Made by a program: the position numbers and the translations under genes
The notes under the pieces: generated by a model
Told to the model about the DNA's origin: nothing
The model's database searches: none
What the model saw: only the letters and a program-made list of their open reading frames with translations
Source of the DNA: Oopsacas minuta
Taxonomy: Eukaryota; Animalia; Porifera
Assembly (NCBI GenBank): GCA_024704765.1
Contig: JAKMXF010000111.1
Location: 310,001 to 374,000, forward strand
Direction of reading: 5' to 3'
DNA length: 64,000 bases
Shown: positions 1 to 12,612 of the stretch, in pieces
Position numbering within the stretch: position 1 is the stretch's first letter
Layout of the letters: each line of letters opens with the position of its first letter

Positions 1-1220
1 TCTCCTCCAGTATTTCATTTTTCTATAAAAAATATTTAGTCAACAATAATTACTGTAAACAAAATAAACTTATATGGACTGGATGATCATATTAAATTGT
101 AAATATCTTTATTATGGATTGGAAATCCGAGCGGAGAGACGAAAAATATAACCTGTGCCGACAGTTTAATCTATTAATTAAATTTGTTTAAAAGGTGGCA
201 CTATTAATTGGAGGTACTATGTGTGTTGAGATTAAAACTAACTTTCATAGTGCCGCCAGTCAATAGTGTCACTTTGTAACAAATGTAATTAATAGACTAA
301 GCTATGGGCACAGTTTGTAATTTTTTAAAAACAAAATCTTTAAAATGTGTCCCAAAGTGGCACTTTAAGTGGCTAAAAATAGAAATGATCAATGCAACAG
401 CGATTATGAAGTCAGAACGTGTGGTATATTGGGTGTATCTGTGATTCAAATTTCAAACTTCTATCATGTATATTGGCTGTGCAGTGGTTAATAATGTTAT
501 TTTCGAAAATCAAAAGAGGTGACAATGACGCCATAATTTCGTCATTGGTGTGAATTTTCGTCCAAGACTCGATCTTGTCCGAGGCTGACCCAAAAATACC
601 CCTGTATGCCAAAATCAGCCCTCGGGGTCCTCCAGTTTCTTCAATCAATTCTGGACATACAAATATATAATACAGATTAATTACGTTTTGAGATTATCGA
701 CAACAAATAGGTAACGGCAAGAACAATCATTTTAATTAGTCAACTAATATCTCTGTTCAGCCACAAGCAGGAATTTGCGATAGTGGGATTATTCCAACTT
801 GCCGCAACTAATTTGGAATATTTGTACTGTACCGACTTTACTAAAGCATAGTGGGACAGTTCTAAAATGGTTGACTTTCTTAGTAAGTAGATATAATTAT
901 ATATGTTTTCGCATTTTTAGTTTCTCATATGAAATTTATTGTTGATTTATGAATATTAAGTAAACGAATTTGCCAAATTTCAAAATATATATACAGGTTT
1001 GCTCTAAACAGCCACACAGGGGTAACAAAATACGCTGAACCAGCATTTCATTGACCAATCAATGGTAAGAGTTTATAGGTGTCAAAATACGTGTCCTAAA
1101 TAATCTGTATATCAAATTTTGTATTAATCGTACTATATTTAATATATTAAAGTAGAACACAAATTTCTTGAAATAATTTCAGGACTATCTTCTATAGAAA
1201 GCCCCATATACCTTTGACTG

Positions 1221-2633
1221 CTAGTTAAGAATTGGATTCATCAACCTCTTTGCTATTCGAAATTGTACCCCGAGTTCCTCCAGTCCATCTAGTATAGGGT
1301 TATAGAGGTCTGGGATAATGGGACGATTGACACCTACAATGTCACGAGGGAGTTTCTTTTCGAGCAACAACTTCACCGCGACAGCAACAGGTAATCCCGT
1401 TAACTTGGCGGCTGCAGAGTCATCTTCCTTGCCTAAGAACTGACCATGAATTTCTAGGGTTGATCGCCACTCCTCCCATGAACCATCTTTTCTCTCAATT
1501 TGCATAATTTGTCTGTTTACGGCACTGTCAGGCTCTCCAGCTCTGATCGTTATCTTCTGCAAAGCATGAGCAATCACTTCTAATGCACATTTGGGACCTT
1601 CTGGTATTTTCAGCACGTTTGAGAACAAACCTATAAAATCCATCATGTCTAATATCTCCTCAGCATTCACATCATCACACCTCTCCAATGCTATGCGCAC
1701 ATCGTTCTTAATTTGCTCTGTTAGGTTATCACTAACAATAGTTGTAGGTTTAACTACCACACACTCGTTAACTTGCTTCAAGAATTGTAGAAAGGATATC
1801 CCGCCCAGTCTTGGCATATGTTTCACACTCGTCAATCCGAGTTGCTGAAGTGCACGAATGAAACGCATCGCTTTCGGGTAGTCGTGTACTCCTCTTTCTG
1901 CCTGCATTACATCGTTCAATCCGTATAACTTGGTATACATTGTAGCATCTCGATTATAAAACCATACAACGTTACCAAGACTCGGGTAAGTGTCAGTGCC
2001 CAGATTTCGAGGGATATATAGTTCATTCCAAGGGACATCTACAATCAAACCTTTTCTGAGATAGCATGCTGGGTTCCACGAATGCATGAGCCAGTCATGT
2101 GGAGACCATGTGAGCTTTGCTTCAAGCGGATTATCTAATCCTTCTACGGTAGCAAGAGATCCTGATAAGGAAGTATAGCCTCTGATTTTTCCACCAGTTG
2201 TATGTATCATATTAGCAAGCCGTATAGTATCCACATGATCTAGACCTGGACTCTGTCCACACTCGTTGAGCAACAGTACTCCAGCTTTCTTGGCTGGCTG
2301 ATCTAAGGTTCTAACGGCATCTGATGCGACTGAAGGTGTAACAGCGGACACTCCCTGAGCCACGCAATGCTGAAGCACAAGGAAATGGCTGGATGCTGGT
2401 AGCATGGAGGCCACAGCGTCACACTTGGCAACGATTGATCTGACCAAATTATTGTCAGTATTAACATCGCAAGCAACAACCTCTATCAGTTCTGGGTGTT
2501 TAAGCAGCTTAACTACTTGCTGAATCCTAGAGGGAGTTCTCGTAGCTATGATTTGTTGCACGCCTAGTCGATTGAAATATCGAATGAATGGAGGAGTGAC
2601 TAATCCGCAGCCAAAAACTGCAATCTTTGACAT
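1221..2633 (-). CDS. Saccharopine dehydrogenase (NADP+, glutamate-forming; Lys9/AASS-SDH fold)-like oxidoreductase, stand-alone, intronless, divergent
   Basis: 470-aa ORF. Rossmann motif FGCGLVTPP plus ATRT; NECGQSPGLDH (family NExGLDPGIDH); DNPLEAKLTWSP (DNPLxYKFSWSP); YNRDA; C-terminal SAAAKLTGLPVAVAVKLLL (family SAMAKTVGxPxAIA). No LKR domain. Confidence 0.85.
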   Translation of the reverse strand: MSKIAVFGCGLVTPPFIRYFNRLGVQQIIATRTPSRIQQVVKLLKHPELIEVVACDVNTDNNLVRSIVAKCDAVASMLPASSHFLVLQHCVAQGVSAVTPSVASDAVRTLDQPAKKAGVLLLNECGQSPGLDHVDTIRLANMIHTTGGKIRGYTSLSGSLATVEGLDNPLEAKLTWSPHDWLMHSWNPACYLRKGLIVDVPWNELYIPRNLGTDTYPSLGNVVWFYNRDATMYTKLYGLNDVMQAERGVHDYPKAMRFIRALQQLGLTSVKHMPRLGGISFLQFLKQVNECVVVKPTTIVSDNLTEQIKNDVRIALERCDDVNAEEILDMMDFIGLFSNVLKIPEGPKCALEVIAHALQKITIRAGEPDSAVNRQIMQIERKDGSWEEWRSTLEIHGQFLGKEDDSAAAKLTGLPVAVAVKLLLEKKLPRDIVGVNRPIIPDLYNPILDGLEELGVQFRIAKRLMNPILN

Positions 2634-2686
2634 GGCAGGGCAAGGCTACTAGAGTATGTCAAAATATTTTAATGTTTGTGTATATA

Positions 2687-2934
2687 CACCCCCTGGCCAA
2701 AAGTATTGGAACACCATACCATTAGTAACATGTGGCATATGGCACAATGTGATAATATGCGTATTGAATAGTCTGTGGATATATCAGAAAAGGCGATTGT
2801 AATGATAAAATTAATGATAGAAATAAATTCACAAATGTTTGAAATTATCTTCAGCTTATGCAACTAAAGTAAATACATATTTGTACCATGTGTCAATTGT
2901 TGCAGAGTGTTCCAATACTTTTGGCCAGGGAGTG
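2687..2934. mobile_element. Tc1/mariner-type MITE (248 bp)
   Basis: 28-bp TIRs CACCCCCTGGCCAAAAGTATTGGAACAC / GTGTTCCAATACTTTTGGCCAGGGAGTG, TA on both flanks, no ORF. Confidence 0.9.
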
Positions 2935-3515
2935 TATTTACTTGGTCGTGAACTACGTTATAATAACCTATTCACTGGAGTGAAATGATTTGTTAGATGG
3001 TATTCATCCAAATAGTGAACTTAGAAATTCTTCTTGTGCCATTTGAAGGATCATGGATCTCGTTGAAGTCCATTGATTTAACAATAAATTGGTATACGCA
3101 GATAAAAGATCACCAAAATACACAGTCCAAGAAGTAAAGGAAGGTACATTGGTTTAATAAAGTGTTTCTAAAAGTGGGCCGTAGAGCCCCCTTGGGGGCG
3201 GTGAAGTGGTGTAGGGGGCGGCCACGCAGCAAGGGGGCGCTGTGGGTTATAGAAAGCGAAACAGAGATACGACCTCACGTCAAAAAAGTGGTATCATATT
3301 CCTCATTATTCATTAACAATAGGGCTAGCAAATACTTCAATGATCGAAGCCATTTATAGTGGTAAGAATGAAGAATTCTTTTGTTACAATGTCTATGGCT
3401 TTCCTAATCGAAATATCATGATCACTTTTCTTCAAACAAATGTAAACTTCGTAATTGAAGAGAGGAAAATAAATAAAATGAAATATAGAAATACACAAAT
3501 AAATAGAGTGTTATA

Positions 3516-4387
3516 TCAAAATATCTGTAGACAGTTTACAGTATAGTTACATACTACTATAACTCTATCATGATTGTCTACTGTTAGTGCTGTTGGATGC
3601 TCAGAGACTGGAATATGGTGAATTGATTGGAATTCAGGATTGAAGATAGAAATAGAATTAGAAAAATAATCAGCAATTAGAATGTTGTTAGAAATGTCAA
3701 TAAAGAATGAGTATGGATTAGTGACCTGATTTCCTCGTCCTCGTGAAATTACTCTCTTCTGGAATATGTGGTATGATTGGATAGATGGATACAAGGATTA
3801 GATGCATCTAACACCTAAACATATTCTTTAGAGAGTTTAACATCGAGAGGGAATGTGAATGTACCAAATTGTGATTTGTATTGGAAATCTTGCGAGAGTA
3901 TTTGAACCTGATGGTTAAAATAATCACAAATGTGAATATCATCATTAGATTCATTGATTGCTATACCCCAAGGACAGTTGAATTCTAATTCTCCATTTCC
4001 CTGTTTACAAATTCTAGAAATATATTTACCATCAAGGGTATAATTCAATATACCGTGGTTATGAGTAATTAGAATCCTAAATCTACAAGTCACTAAGCAG
4101 TTTGGACTTGACATCTTTCCTTCACCATTACTGTCACCAAATTTGAATATATACCTAGCAGTACTGTCAAATACTTTAACACAGTTATTCAAACAATCTA
4201 ATATATAAATATCTCCAGTTTTGTCATCTAATGCGACACAACTTAGCCATATAGGTTCAACATTTCCATTATCTTTCTTACAAACACTCACTAGAGGTTG
4301 TATCTTGCTTGTGTAGTCAATTCCAGTTCTCACTCTCTGTAAATTATTCTTAACAGGTTCTGGTTCAATAGGATTAGATGTGGCCAT
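3516..4387 (-). pseudogene. NHL-repeat beta-propeller gene copy 1, disrupted
   Basis: Colinear with the 290-aa paralog at 6747-7619. TAT>TAG nonsense codon at 3815-3817 (KEYV*VLDASNPC) and a 1-bp deletion near 3772 relative to the paralogs; the ORF track splits it into two pieces. Confidence 0.85.
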
Positions 4388-5369
4388 TATTACTAAATAT
4401 TTATTGGAGCAAGAATTAATACAAATAGAAATTGTCAGTAGACATACCTATAGTGTAGCTCATGGTCATTTCGCACATGATTAGTGAATCGTATTAGCTA
4501 CATAATCTTATACAAACATTCCTGTCTCCAATCTTGAGCTATCTTTTATCCTTAGACTATGAGTATATCTACTTTGATAATACAATTAATCTTAGGACAT
4601 TTAAGATGGTGGATTGTACTTAGACATATACCACCATTAATCTAGGTATTGGCAAACTTTCGGGATCGTCTTATTTTCCGGTGCTATAACTGTGAAAGTA
4701 TAACACCTTTCTTTAATGAAACCACAAGTGATAATATACTCAAACTCAGACTTATGCCATGTAAATATATTACTTGTTTCCTAATTAATTATGATAATCC
4801 AGGTTCAATCCGGTCAGGGATGAATTCTTAAACCGTTCCATCACTAGCGGTACTGATCTACAAATATATTCTAACATATAATCCAATAATGAAAATCTGT
4901 GTAGGTAATTGATTTTGGGTTTGGAGTAATTTGAGGGATATTTTATCCTCCAAAAATGCATTCTATAATAACAAATAACTTGTATATAGCTCAGCTATAC
5001 TATAGTACAGATTTAGGTATTAGCTTTGATATCTTCGAGGAAAAGTCATTATTCGGGGTTAATGAAAGTCACATTTTAGAATGAGGGTATGCGGTTAGTA
5101 TTGCAAAAAACTGCACTATAATATAGCTCAGCTATATATAAGGAATCTCTTATAATACGTATTACTGTAACTTCGGGCTATAGCTTACTATAAACACACT
5201 GCTAGCTAAGCAAAGAATTGCCAAAATAATTTCCTAGCAATTGATAATGGTAAACGGAACTTTCGTCTCAGGAAATTTGGTATCCTTTAGCTGTTTTAGT
5301 AATCTTTCTTTTGTTTTTAGAAAAGAAAAGAAGATGGATAATGTTGCAAAAGATCGATAGAATAGGTAG

Positions 5370-5520
5370 AAGGTTACAAAAAGGTGGTAGAAAGGGCGGA
5401 ATGTATAAGATAGGACGGGACCATCACGGATATTTCTTAGATTAGCTAGCAAAAGGTTATCGAAGGGTTGATCGGGGATTTTAATGCTAGACTAGATTCT
5501 AATGAATGTTTTGTTCTGAT
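5370..5520 (+). mobile_element. Degraded non-LTR retrotransposon AP-endonuclease fragment
   Basis: LIGDFNARLD motif at 5468-5497, preceded by a KGGRKGG-like segment; stops and frameshifts around it. Confidence 0.35.
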
Positions 5521-6225
5521 TAGCTATATAATGGTCTGGGGTGGGAGATATGTGTTTTATATAAAGGAGAAGATGATGGCTATGTTTCGAAATGTCATTA
5601 ATGTTGCTAAAGTCGACTGTAAGGTGTGGGATACTTGGGAAAATGGGATCAGGAATTTTTTTTCGAATTTTTAGCGGAATAAGTAGTGTCTCTTTGTTTT
5701 ATAGAAAAAGAAAAAGAAGATAGGTAATGTTGCAAAGATCGATATAATTGGTAAAAGCGTATGAAAATTCCAGAGACTATGTCATTGTGGTTAGAATAAC
5801 CTGAAAAGCAAGTACAAAATTTTTGTAGATATCTCCGCCATATGTAGAAGCCTATATTTAAAAGAATTTGTAATGATAACTGCAATTCTTCATTATCAAA
5901 GAGAATATAATTAATGGTGGCCAGGATAGTATTTTGGCGATTCTTTGCTTAGCTAGCCGTATATATAGTAGGCCATGGGCGGGCCTTCCCCTATAGTTAC
6001 CCTACCCTGCCCTACATCTAGGCAACCATGGGGGTGCACGTGCCACTTGTGCCCTATGCAAGGCACGTGCATGGGTTCACTCCTGGATCCTGGAAACGAA
6101 ACTGATCTTACCCTGATAGGAGCCAGTGTGAAGCTAGGAGGTTGGAAAATATTTCACAAATTGTTCGAAAGTTGCATTAGTTTATTGAATGGCAACCTCT
6201 CCAAGGGTCTAACACGTAATGGAAT

Positions 6226-6400
6226 AAACTACCCACCTTTATCTAGAATTAAGACAATAAATATTTAGAAATATCTTTAATAGAATAAAATAGAATAATA
6301 TTAACAGAAATATATAAAATCAGAATATCATCAAGTTATATAATTACTGATATACATATAGTACTGTGATACTACTGTATTCTCTTGTACATATTCTGTT
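6226..6400 (-). repeat. About 170-bp repeat, copy 1 of 3 (candidate non-coding first exon of NHL genes)
   Basis: Near-identical to 9214-9388 and 12613-12771; minus-strand donor-like AAAG|GTGGGT at 6236. Confidence 0.85.
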
Positions 6401-6746
6401 ATGATAAGGTTTGTATCAGATAATTTTCGGTCAAATATCGGTTTTGCCGAAACTTATCTGATAAAAAACTTGTGTTAAAATCTCCAATACGATACGAAAT
6501 TGTGGAAATTTCCTGATATTGGATACGTTAAATATTCCTTCGATATTACGAAAGTAGGATATAGAAAATATTTGAGAATTCTTGGTAAACAAGTAAAAGA
6601 ATAAACAATACATAAGCTACAAAACAGGAAATAGTAAACTAATCAAGAATAACTATAATGTAAAGATATACGTGAAGACGTTATGATAAGAAAGGGAATA
6701 AAATAAAAAGAAATATGGAAAGAAACCAAATAGAAAGAGTTGTAAA

Positions 6747-7619
6747 TCAAAATATCAGTAGACAGTTCACATTATGATAACACACTACTATAATTCTATC
6801 ATGAGTGTCTACTGTTATTGCTGTTGGTTGCTTAGAGACTGGAATATTATGAATTGATTGGAATTCAGGATTGAAGATAGAAATAGAATTAGAAGAATAA
6901 TCAGCAATTAAAATATTGTTAGAAATGTCAATAGAGAAAGATAAGGGATTAATGACTTGATTTCCTTGTCCTCGTGAAATTACACTCTTCAGGAGTATGT
7001 GGTTATGATTGAATAGATGGATACAAGGATTAGAGTTATTTAACAGATAAATGTATTCTTTAGAGAGTTTAACATCACGAGGGTATTTAAATGAACCTAA
7101 TTGTGATTTGAATTGGAAATCTTGTGAGAGTATTTGAACTCGATTGTTAGAACAATCACAAATGTAAATATCATTATTAGATTCATTGATTGCTATACCC
7201 CAAGGATAACTGAATTCTAACTCTCCGTTTCCATGCATACCAATTCTAGAAATATATTCACCATCAAGACTATAATTAAGTATACCGTGGTTCTGAGTAA
7301 TTATAATCCTACTCCTACAAATAGCTAAACTTTTCGGATAGGACATCATTCCTTCACCTCGTCTGTGACCAAATTTGAACATATACTTAGCTGTACTGTC
7401 AAATACTTTAACACAGTTATCAAACCAATCTAATATATAAATATCTCCAGTTCTGTCATCTATTGTAACACCTTGTGGCCTTTTGGGTTCAATATTTCCA
7501 ATTTCTCTCTGACTAATACTCACTAGAGGTTGCATCTTGCTCGAGTAATCAATTCCAGTTCTCACTCTCTCAAAATTATCCTCAACAGGTTCTAGTCCAA
7601 TAGGATTAGATGTGGCCAT
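6747..7619 (-). CDS. NHL-repeat (six-bladed beta-propeller) protein, NHL-only, copy 2
   Basis: 290-aa intronless ORF with NHL repeats (PQGVTIDDRTGDIYILDWFDNCVKVF; YPWGIAINESNNDIYICDCSNNRVQIL). No RING, B-box or coiled coil. Confidence 0.9.
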   Translation of the reverse strand: MATSNPIGLEPVEDNFERVRTGIDYSSKMQPLVSISQREIGNIEPKRPQGVTIDDRTGDIYILDWFDNCVKVFDSTAKYMFKFGHRRGEGMMSYPKSLAICRSRIIITQNHGILNYSLDGEYISRIGMHGNGELEFSYPWGIAINESNNDIYICDCSNNRVQILSQDFQFKSQLGSFKYPRDVKLSKEYIYLLNNSNPCIHLFNHNHILLKSVISRGQGNQVINPLSFSIDISNNILIADYSSNSISIFNPEFQSIHNIPVSKQPTAITVDTHDRIIVVCYHNVNCLLIF

Positions 7620-9213
7620 TATTGCTAAATATTTATAGGTGTATGAATTAATACAAATAGTCAGTAGACATACATGTAGCTCATGGACATATACGACAAA
7701 ATTACTAGTGATAATAGTCGATGAAAATGGTATAACAGTTAAGTATAAAGTACGTATATTTCACAGATTCTTGTAACTGGTTAAACATTACTCATTTTGG
7801 TTTTGTCATAATGCACAGTGAACTTGTTACATGGGGTGCTAGCAGGGTGACCAGATGTCATTCTTTGGGAAGGTCAGTGCATTATAACCTCGCTAATCCG
7901 AACAGCACAGTCCTAATTGCAAAATATATCGTTATGATTAGCGAAATGAAATAAAACAATACTATAGACTCTAGGAGTACATTGCTTTGGAAATTGTCAA
8001 TTGAAAGGCCTTGGAAGTATGTAATATAGCACAATTAGGGTTGTTGATGATTCTTCAACTTCTAAGACCAGTTATCGTCTCTCTCGTAACTCAATACCTC
8101 GGTAATGGCAGGGTATATGACTCTAGTGATTGCAAGGTTTTAATTCAAAATATGACATCATAGGAAAATTCACTTATCGAAAATTCAATATTTTGAATTT
8201 CTCTAATTTCGTATTTAATTCGAATAAATATTCAGCAAATATGTTTATAAATCAATACGTCATCACGTCTTCATATGTTACTCCGATTATTTCATGAATG
8301 GATTTTTAGAAATATATTTTTAATGTACAAGTTATAAATTGTGAAATCTTTGCTGTAATAAGCTATCTTTGAACTTAGATTATCTTAATTGTAAAGCAAA
8401 TGAACAAATCAATTATCCTAAAATCAACTAGGATATTACGTGTCTTTGTTACACAAAAAATGAAAACACTAAAGTGGTATAAATGAACTAGTCATCGCAT
8501 AATTGCGCCTAAACTAGATGAAGATGACTGTTTGAACTTTTACATTAGTCTAAGTTGATTCCTTAGATGTCCTTACCCTGAAAAGGTTCAATTCAAAACA
8601 TTGAAGGAAAAATCTTTCTTTTATGAAACATATAAAATTTAACTCTTATCTTATTCTATGCATAATTTGGCAGCATTGTTCTGATTCAGTACCCGAATAT
8701 GATATATTTTGGATAGCCTGTGTCTAATTTAAGATTCCGGGAAATATTCACAGGTATTTGAGAACTGGGTTCACCACTAAGCAGGGGATTCATGTCTGCA
8801 ATAAAATTGGATACAATTAAGTATTTTGGAAAAAGAATTTATGGAATTGGGGCAAAACAGTTGTGTATTCTAGCTTAAGAACAACCTAAGCTATAATTTG
8901 ATGCGATGAAATACCGACAAGAACAAGCGTTACTGCTATTCAAAGGTTCCCACAGATTAAAGATGGAGGTCCCAAATGCTTGAATATATTCATGTTTGTT
9001 TGTTTATCTGTCTGTTCATTATCGAAAGAAAGGAGTATTGATATGCTATTATTAGATTGAATTAGCATTAACCAGATGTTACATAACGATAACTCAGCAC
9101 AGTGCCCAAACTGGGGTTCACAGAATCCTAAAACTAAATTTGCTGACTTGTAGTCTTTCGGAGGGATTAGTTCATGACATAACCGTCTCTCCGGGGGTGT
9201 TACATAATGAAAG

Positions 9214-9388
9214 AAACTACTCACCTTTATCTAGAATTAAGACAATAAATATTTAGAGATATCTTTAGTAGAATAAAATAGAATAATATTAACAGAAATA
9301 TATAAAATCAGAATAACATCAAGTTATATAATTACTGATATACATATAGTAATGTGATACTACTGTATTCTCTTGTACATATTCTGTT
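9214..9388 (-). repeat. About 170-bp repeat, copy 2 of 3
   Basis: Near-identical to copies 1 and 3; donor-like AAAG|GTGAGT at 9224. Confidence 0.85.
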
Positions 9389-10468
9389 CCATAATTCTGC
9401 TATGAATTATTACAGGTGTTTGCAGTTATAGATAACTAAACGAATGATCGATCCAACCCTCCAACTCACTGAACGAAACAGATTATTGGAGTTCAGGCGA
9501 ATATGTGAATGTAAACGAACTAAATAGATGTCAGGCTAAAGATCAAAGGAATTGCACTGTTTCAGTTCGTTCGTGAACCTTTCATCCACTGATGATAGGT
9601 TAATGCACGAGAATATCCGGACGCAGCGATATGCTATGCGTACGAGGTATTACTTCAGAGTAACTTGTCAATAATAGAGTTAATCATTTTACGTTGAAAT
9701 ACACAAATTATAATGAATAGTACAATGAACTTTAGATCGAATTAAAGGACTTTCTCAACAAATATGACTTGTAAAATGGAGAAATTCAGAATATAACATA
9801 TTTAGTCAATCCTCTAATGTATTTCTGAATTGATTAAGTAATGAATCTATAGTTATGTTATAAGAGGGTCTAGACTCTAGGGTGTGAATAATATAAACAT
9901 TATTAAATCACATCAATAACTAGTTGCTCACATTCTATTCATTACAAATACACAAAGTATTAAATCGGTTGGAAGTATTAAGTATTACATTAATGTACCA
10001 CATATGTATTTGGAGTACATTAAGTAAACTAGGAAATTGGAAAATTACTATATCTTCCAAGTGCACATAATTTTTCAAAGAAACTGGGGGGCGAGCCCTC
10101 CCGCCCCTTCGAAAACTGACGCCCTAGCATAGCACAGTTCCACTTGGAAAATCCACCAACCTGAATATTTTTGTGGCTGGAAAAGCCACGAAAATATTGA
10201 GAATTTTTTGAAAATTCCGTTCCTACGGTGGATAAATATTCAGAAAAGGCGAATAGATATCTATCGTGTCATATCAGGGATTTTGAAGCTACATCGATTC
10301 TTTCCGAAGCTTGATAGGCAAAAGAATAATTAATGGACTCCAAATGGAAATAATACATGAGAGAGGAGAAAAAGTAAATAAATAACACAATTCCCTAAAG
10401 GAAGAGTTAATGAAAGCGAAAGTATAGAAAATATAATATAGAAACACACACATAAATAGAGTTGTATA

Positions 10469-11320
10469 TCAAAATATCTGTAGACAGTTCACATTATGAG
10501 TACACACTACTATAACTCTATGATGATTGTCTACTGTTACTGCTGTTGGATGCTCAGAGACTGGAATATTGTGAATTGATTGGAATTCAGGATTGAAGAT
10601 AGAAATAGAATTAGAAGAATAATCAGCAATTAGAATATTCTTAGAATTGTCAATAAAGAATGAGTATGGATCAGTGACCTGATTTCCTCGTCCTCGTGAA
10701 ATTACGCTCTTCTGGAGTATGTGGTTATGATTGAATAGATGGATACAAGGATTAGATGCATCTAACACATAAATGTATTCTTTAGAAAGTTTGACATCAC
10801 GAGGGTATTCGAATGGACCAAATTGTGATTTGAATTGGAAATCCTTTGAGAGTATTTGAACTCGACAGTTAGAACAATCACAAATGTAAATATCATCATT
10901 AGATTCATTGATTGCTATACCCTTAGGAAAGATGAATTCTAATTCTCCCTTTCCCTGTTTACCAATTCTAGAAATAAATTCTCCATCAAGATTGTACTTC
11001 AGTATACTGTGGCTATGAGTAATTAGAATCCTACTCTTATAAATAACTAAGCTGCTTGGATGGGATATCTTTCCTTCACGTCCTATGTCACCAAATTTGA
11101 ACATATACTTAGCAGTGCTGTCAAATACTTTAACACAGTAATTGTAAACATCTGCTATATAAATATTTCCAGTCATCTTGTCAACTGCAACACAAAATGG
11201 ACAGTAAAGTTCATCATTTCCTTCTTCTCTCTTACTAGCACATACTAGAGGTTGTATCTTCCTAGTGTAATCAATTCCAGTTTTCACTTTCTCTGTTTCA
11301 ATATTAATAGCTGCGGTCAT
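10469..11320 (-). CDS. NHL-repeat protein, NHL-only, copy 3
   Basis: 283-aa intronless ORF, same repeat motifs, roughly 90% identical by eye to copy 4. Confidence 0.9.
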   Translation of the reverse strand: MTAAINIETEKVKTGIDYTRKIQPLVCASKREEGNDELYCPFCVAVDKMTGNIYIADVYNYCVKVFDSTAKYMFKFGDIGREGKISHPSSLVIYKSRILITHSHSILKYNLDGEFISRIGKQGKGELEFIFPKGIAINESNDDIYICDCSNCRVQILSKDFQFKSQFGPFEYPRDVKLSKEYIYVLDASNPCIHLFNHNHILQKSVISRGRGNQVTDPYSFFIDNSKNILIADYSSNSISIFNPEFQSIHNIPVSEHPTAVTVDNHHRVIVVCTHNVNCLQIF

Positions 11321-12612
11321 AGTTGCTAAAATAATAGAAAGAGTTAGTTTACCTGAAATGAGCTAAGATTGTAGAATACTATAGTAGCAGGAGATGTATA
11401 CACATGTGGGCGTAGATAAAGTTAGATTTCAGAATTTGTATACAGGTGGCATAATGTCTCAAAAATGGTTGGATACCCCATTATTATGAGCAAACAAGTT
11501 TTGAAGCTAACCAATTATGCATAGCATATGTCCACGTGGTTCTTCTATTGATTTCTATAATGAAAATTCAAATTAGAATTGAAGTTAGATAATTGAATTA
11601 CTATTGTTGAGATATGAAATGTAAACACTGACCTACTTAGGCTCGAGTCAATATGAATTAACTGTTCCAGTAGGTAAGAAGTGAGTACAAATGTCCAGCC
11701 TCCATGTATTCTAGACTCAATTCAAAATATGACATCATAGTAAAATTCACTCATCAAAAAATTGAAAAAGCCACATCGCTTGTTTGAGCTGCGTGGCTTG
11801 CGAACACATTATATTTGCAAGAAACTCGGCACTTCTTGCCTTAACAAAGTATAAAATTGAATAAATAACACATATCTCAACAATTTGTTTCCTTTATATT
11901 CATAAAAAAAACAATAAATTTTCATAGGAGGACCTTGGAAACGTGAAATTCGGATTCGGCGTACTTAGCTACCCCTTGATAGCCGTTTAGACCTTGACAA
12001 CGGACAAAACAACATAATAACAACAAATTGAGATTGAATAATATGGATTCAATTTTTGAAGTAATTCCCTCTAATCATCCATACGGAATAAATACTCAGA
12101 ATATTTACATAAATCAATTACCCAGCATAGATATGTGTTTGTAACTAATCATTAATATATTGTTTCCATGTACAAGTTAGGAATTATGAAATCTTTAATC
12201 CAATAAGCTATCTTCGAACTTGGATTAATCGTAATTGTAAATTTTCCACCACTAAGCAGGATGTTATTGTCTGCAATAGAATTGGATACAATTAAGTATT
12301 ATGTAAAAAGAATTTAGTTTGAATTAGGGAATTGGGGTCAGCCAGTTAGCTCCATATGTCTTAACAGAATAAGAGACGGGTTAATACTGGAAGGTTGTAA
12401 TAGTTTTCAAAAATTGATAAATGAGGGCAGATTATTGATACATTACATCAGCGATTGGCAACCTGGGATCCACAGAACCTTAAAATGTATACAAGAATAT
12501 GTGAGGGATACACAAAATATATTAAAAGTGGCATTATGATATGACAGACAATTCCAGGGGATTAGTGTGGCTACAAAGAGCTGGAAATAGAACAGCAATA
12601 ATTAGTATAATG

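Noticed and set aside
192-274. Short imperfect inverted repeat
   Set aside because: About 28-bp arms with several mismatches and no clear TSD; probably a decayed MITE, nothing further to support.
3815-3817. Stop-codon read-through in NHL copy 1
   Set aside because: A frameshift follows about 45 nt later, so read-through would not restore the protein.
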